From Eledone cirrhosa (lineage: Eukaryota): a stretch of DNA of 64,000 nt. The notes under the pieces were generated by a model, which was not told where the DNA came from, searched no databases, and saw only the letters and a program-made list of their open reading frames with translations. Position 1 is the stretch's first letter. Every line of letters starts with the position of its first letter. Made by a program: the position numbers and the translations under genes. Positions 58,320 through 64,000 of this stretch are shown piece by piece. The stretch spans positions 17,422,001-17,486,000 of the forward strand of contig OZ024745.1 in assembly GCA_964016885.1 (NCBI GenBank), read 5' to 3'.

Positions 58320-59330
58320 TGCAGTTAAAGCTTTATATGTGTTTACTTAGTGGTATCAGTTTTAGGAAATGGTATTTGTAAGAAGGAAAGCCAAATTATG
58401 TATTTTAATATAAGTAGAATATTAATTATAGGTTAACTAAAATAAAAATAGTTAATATATTAATTTCTAAGGTGTATACTAATTAGGTTTATAATGTTTA
58501 AAGCGGAATATTGAAGTTAAACAGTAGTAGAGTATTAATTATAGCTTAACTAAATTAAAAATAATTACATATATTTACTTAATGGTATCAATTTTAGGAA
58601 ATGAATTTTGTAAGAGGGAAAGCCAAATTAAGTAGTTCATCGGTAGTAGATTATTAATTATAGGTTAACTAAATTAAAAATTATATATTAATTTCTATAG
58701 TATATGTTAATTATGTTTATAATATTTAAAGCAGAATTTTGTATTTTATCTATAGTAGAATTTTAATTATAGGTTAACTAAATTAAAATTAATCTATATA
58801 TTAATTTCTAAAGTGTATATTAATTAGGTATATATTTAAAAGTTTTTCTCAGTTTACGATTACACGATATTTTGCATTTCATCTGTATTAGAATTTTAAT
58901 TATAAGTTAACTAAATTAAAATTATAAGTTAACTAAATTAAAATTAATTTATATATTAATTTTCTAAATTGTATATTAATTAGGTTTATAATATTAAAAA
59001 GTTTTTCTCCGTTTTTAATTACACGATATTTTGTTGTATTTCATCTGTAATAGAATTTTAATAATAGGTTAAATAAACTAAAATTAATCTATGAATTAAT
59101 TTCTAAAGTATATATTAATTGGTTAATAATATTTAAATGTTTTTCTCAGTTTATGATTATACGATATTTTTTATTTCATCTGTAGTAGAATTTTAATTAA
59201 ATTAAAATTATAGGTTAACTACATTAAAATTAATTTATATATTAATTTCTAAAATATATATTATTTATTAATTAGGTTTATAATATTTAAATGTTTTTCT
59301 CAGTTTATGATTACACGATATTATTAATTC
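58320..59330. repeat. Tandem ~140-160-bp repeats overlapping the ORF 3' end
   Basis: TTTTTCTCAGTTTATGATTACACGATAT recurs near 58843, 59002, 59140, 59294; ATTATAGGTTAACTAAATTAAAA recurs 7 or more times. Confidence 0.85.
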
Positions 59331-61288
59331 CTGTCGCTTATTTAATAGGATATCCTTAGATTTCATTATTTCAAATAGTTCTTGGGAACACAATCTACAT
59401 TCATTTCTATTATTTTGATAAGGGGTGGCTCTTTTGAGCACACTCCAGGTCATATCATATTCTATATTCCTCTTTCTATAACTATTAATTTTTTCTGATA
59501 GAGATGTTGTATTAGCCAGTGCGGCATTTTTAAAACTATGTTTGTGGGTATTAAATCTTACCTTAAAATTGTTAGAAGTAGCTCCTATATATGAGCAAAT
59601 AGAATCCTTAGTTTTAACTTTACATTTATATACTATGTTGTTAACAAGACAATTTCCTTTTAATGGGCAGTTTGCCTTGTTTCTACAGTTACAACCTTTC
59701 GTTAATTCTGTATTTGAGGAGATATTATGGCTAGTTTGATGTACTGGTGGTATACTTATGGTTTTTTTACATTTATATGCATGATAGGCACTTATATTTT
59801 GTTTTATCTTTTTGGTTGTTGAGTATGAGAATTTAACTGTTGATCTATTTAAGATTTGATGGTATTTGTGGTTTGGCGGGAAGTTTTTCTCTAGGATATT
59901 AAAGAATTTTTTAGGTATATTATCCTTAATTTGTAAATTAAATGGAGCATTATACCAAGTAACTCGTCTATTACGGTTTCTATGTTGTTTATTGTTTTTA
60001 TAGGATGCATCCTGATGTTTACTAGGAGGATTATTGTTAATGACCTCTCCACGCACATTTTTAGTTAGATTTATTGATTTAGGTGTTTTAGCTTGTTTAT
60101 TAGGAGTTTTATTATTAACATTTATTAGAGTTGTAGGATGAGTAGTTTTTTTAGAGTTACTATACTGTATATTAGAGGAGTTAGAGAAATTTGGTTTTAT
60201 GTTGGTATTTTGGGGTATAGTGTGAGTGGCATTTAGGTGTGTACGTTTCGTTTGGTGTTTGTTGGTAATATTAGGTTGTATGTTTATAGTGTTATTGGTA
60301 GAAGGTATATATTCCAATTTATTTTTGTGGTCACTTCTAGCTAGAGCTTCGTTATAAAAGGTCGCATTTTTATCAAATATATCTTGGTTAGACGAAAGGT
60401 TAGAAATTCTAAGTGATATATTATATGCAAGGTTTTTAAGGATAGATTTAGGGTGATTAGATTGTGAGTGTATGTAGTGTAAATTTTGGTTGGGTTTATG
60501 GTAAGGTTGGTAGATACCCGTAGCTATGTCTAATGTTATATCTAGGAAATTAACTACTTTACTTGTGTTTTCAAAAGTAATATCTAGACTATAATAGTCT
60601 TTAAGGAAAGATCTAATAAGCTTTTTGTTTTTTTCTATCCCTGAAAGGCTAAGGTTGTTGGAAAGAAGAAGACAGTAATCACGATATAAACCACCTTTAA
60701 GGTGGGGAAAGGAAGCATTTATGTTAAAAAGAAGAAAGAGGCCCACAAGATCAGTAATTTGGGCAGAATCGCTTGAGCCCATAGTAATATCAAATAGATT
60801 ACTATATGTGTTTCTGGTCCAGTATTCATTCTGAAATTCAATTAGCGTTAGTCTAGCATGTGTAATAATATTAATGTCATCCAAAGTTAAGTTAGATCTA
60901 TTTTTAGCAAATATCAAAGCTTTGTTCAGGAGTATAGGTGATATAGAAGAATAGTAATTATCTATATCAAATTGTAGAAATGAAGCAGAGGATTTATATC
61001 TAATATTATTAAACCAGTTAATTACCTGGGAAGTGTTTTCCCAGAGTGGTAAATTAACATGTTTTCTTATTTGTGGGATGACTCTATCTAAAACTTTTTT
61101 GCTAATTATTCCAATATCGGATTTGGAGGGACATATAAGTCTTATAGAAGGATTAGAGTTAAAGTTTGATTTATGATCTTTCAGTTTGAAGTGTGGTCTT
61201 TTCAATGCCAAAGGTTCAGTTCTATCTTCAATATTTAGTTTATTCACTATGTTGTGTGTTTTGTTGTTGATGTTGGTGAGTGACGCAT
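59268..61288 (-). CDS. PLE reverse transcriptase + GIY-YIG endonuclease; open frame but 5'-truncated and YRDD changed to YRDY
   Basis: 659-aa ORF: LKDHK, RLICPSKSDIG, QFDIDNYYSSI, ITMGSSDSAQITDLVG, GGLYRDY, FLDITL, SNHP, CNCRNKANCPLKGNCL, VYKC..YIGATSNNFKVRFNTH, CRLCSQE, LLNKR; frame stays open up to the inverted-repeat junction. Confidence 0.93.
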
Positions 61289-61888
61289 ATACAAAATTCT
61301 GCTTTAAATATTATAAACCTAATTAACATATACTATAGAAATTAATATATAATTTTTAATTTAGTTAACCTATAATTAATAATCTACTACCGATGAACTA
61401 CTTAATTTGGCTTTCCCTCTTACAAAATTCATTTCCTAAAATTGATACCATTAAGTAAATATATGTAATTATTTTTAATTTAGTTAAGCTATAATTAATA
61501 CTCTACTACTGTTTAACTTCAAAATTCCGCTTTAAATATTATAAACCTAATTAGTATACACCTTAGAAATTAATATATTAACTATTTTTATTTTAGTTAA
61601 CCTATAATTAATATTCTACTTGTATTAAAATACATAATTTGGCTTCCCTTCTTACAAATAACATTTTCTAAAACTGATACCACTAAGTAAACACATATAA
61701 AGCTTTAACTGCAGGTTAGTATTCTATGTTCCTTGAAACCTATATATTTACTATTTCCCACTAATAAATTTAATCTCCCCCCCCCCCAATAATTATATGT
61801 ATATGTAAGCGTGGATGTGTGTATGTATATGTAAGTGTGTATGTATGTAAGTGTGTATGTATGTGAGTATAAAAATACATATGTATGC

Positions 61889-61964
<76 letters not shown>

Positions 61965-62082
61965 GTAGAGATGTGTGTATGTATGTGTATATATGTGTAT
62001 ATGTGTCTAACTGTGTATATATGTGTGGGTACGTCTATATATATGTATGTCTGAGTGTGTGTGTGGTTGTATATATACATGG

Positions 62083-62117
<35 letters not shown>

Positions 62118-62838
62118 GGTGTATATATATATGTATGGGTATATGTTTTACTTATTTTTATGCGTGTGCATACAAACAGGTCAATATGCGTGAGTGTAAG
62201 TATGTGTATGTGTGTGTGTATGAATGTACGTATCGAACGTATGGATGTGTAAATGTGCGTGTGTATATAAGCATGTATATTTTATGTCTCTCTTTTATCT
62301 TTTATATTTTTTTATGTTTCTTTTGTGAGACATGCGTGTCTGTGTATGTATGTACCCCCCCCCCCCTTTTTGTCTTTTTTTGTCTTCTTTTCTTGAATTT
62401 TTTCCTTCTATAAAAAATTTGTTATTTCTAATTTATTGATACATTTTTATAAGTATGTCGAGATTGACACTTTCCTTTAATTACTATACTCTCTTACCTC
62501 TTTTACTTCCCAATCTAAATGTAAGTGTGTGTGGGCGTGTTTATGTGAGCGCCTCAATATTCATATACTTATGATGTATCTATTCCGTCTGTTGATTACA
62601 GACATACAGATACATTAGCCCTAAATTTTATATTTACATACACTTTCACTATACGTATACATATGAACATACACATTTATGAACATCTGTGAGCGTATTT
62701 ACATACATATATACACACCTAACTGTATTTTCTTGATAGATTTTTATGTATCCCATTCTCTATTTCATTGGTCTATTCAAAATCTGTTCCCAAACAGACC
62801 TATTGTATTGAATTGTTGTTATTATCAATAAACAAGCA

Positions 62839-62979
62839 TCATTATTTCTGAAGACAGCATATATATGTGAAGGTATGTATATTCCCTCTGATAGTTTGTA
62901 TAATTTTGTACATAGATCTTTTGAATATGCATACCAATTCTAACACATATATGTCCTAGAAACGATCGTAAAATAATGA
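62839..62979 (+). ncRNA. Hammerhead ribozyme with ~104-nt stem II (inverted pLTR copy)
   Basis: TCATTATTT-CTGAAGA-[CAGCATATATATGTG..GGTATGTATATTC..GAATATGCATACC..CACATATATGTCCTA]-GAAA-CGATCG-TA-AAATAATGA; 9-bp stem I, palindromic stem III. Confidence 0.8.
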
Positions 62980-63108
62980 ACTTTTTTTGTTTAATATAAG
63001 GAACTGTTTCTTTGTTTATTCATTATTTTTTTAATAATTTATATATATATATATATACATATATGCATAGATACATAAATACATAGAAATATAAATAGAT
63101 ACATACAA

Positions 63109-63245
<137 letters not shown>

Positions 63246-63246
63246 A

Positions 63247-63320
<74 letters not shown>

Positions 63321-63339
63321 GTATTCCTCATGTGCGTTT

Positions 63340-63740
63340 TTCATAATCACGCATGATGGTGAACTAGCCAGTTTTAGAATTCCTTCCCTTTTTGGCTTAT
63401 AATTCTGTGAGAGCCCTGGTTATCTGCTGAGCTCTGCTGATGATGAATGCAAACCGTGACCATCTCCACTGAAAGTTTTCATGAAATAGTCTTTAAGACT
63501 ATACAGAGCATTTGATGTTTTTCCAAATTGAAGGATAAGTATTTTAGACTTTATCTTATCATGAGTCAAGGGTCTATTTCACTAAATTTTGTGCATGAAT
63601 TTATATCCTGATTCTCTTTTGAGATAGGTTTGAGTTATTTTTTCCTACATCTTACCTTAACTATTTTTCTCATCTTGACGACATAGTCGCATATATGTTA
63701 TGAAATACTGTTAGCTTCTCGCTAAAACAATTTCTATACC
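63340..63740 (-). pseudogene. Possible decayed LRR fragment
   Basis: KIVK/DVGKNN/KPISKE, NLVK/THDKIKS. Confidence 0.35.
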
Positions 63741-63774
63741 TTTCATTTATATATATATATATAGAGAGAGGGAG

Positions 63775-63912
63775 AGTCCAGAAATAGCCGTCCAAACGGC
63801 TTGAGCTCTCCAGTCGGGGGTAAACATTTTTTCTATTACCCACTCTACTACCATAATTATTGAGTGCTCTGTTGCGTTATGGTCCATCTGGTTCCTTACC
63901 ACAGCTCCTTCG

Positions 63913-63914
<2 letters not shown>
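63775..63914 (-). repeat. Short repeat related to 43129-43250, flanked by (TA)n
   Basis: CGAAGGA..TGTGGTAAGGAACCAG.TGGACCATAACGCA..GTAGTAGAGTGGGTAATAG shared. Confidence 0.8.
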
Positions 63915-63946
<32 letters not shown>

Positions 63947-64000
63947 ATAATAATGCTTTCTTTATTAACCACAAGGGTTTACATAAAGTAGACATTAAGG

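Noticed and set aside
56973-63042. DNA transposon with long TIRs
   Set aside because: Internal ORF is RT + GIY-YIG, truncated at the arm junction; arms are the element's own 3' pLTR

Overview
Eukaryotic, very AT-rich, microsatellite-saturated genomic DNA; the SINE types and (TA)n/(CA)n density suggest a cephalopod such as an octopus (inference). No intact host gene is visible and most listed ORFs are microsatellite artefacts. Three layers stand out. (1) At least seven Penelope-like retroelement (PLE) copies (reverse transcriptase and/or GIY-YIG endonuclease; Naiad-like, Neptune-like, one unassigned). Most are 5'-truncated and capped by an inverted copy of their own 3' pseudo-LTR (pLTR), forming fold-backs of 0.1-6 kb that sit in (TA)n tracts and are nested in each other. 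(2) About 15-20 type I hammerhead ribozyme (HHR) motifs in those pLTRs, including forms with a ~90-105 nt stem II, a U3-A8/GCAA core variant, and a triplet of ~72-bp ribozyme-only units. (3) The apparently unique DNA between the repeats translates, with many stops and frameshifts, into leucine-rich-repeat (LRR) motifs in about a dozen segments on both strands, suggesting a decayed cluster of Toll-like-receptor-ectodomain-like genes. Also present: tRNA-derived SINEs, mariner-like MITEs and an internally inverted RTE-type LINE fragment. All calls are by eye; boundaries are approximate.
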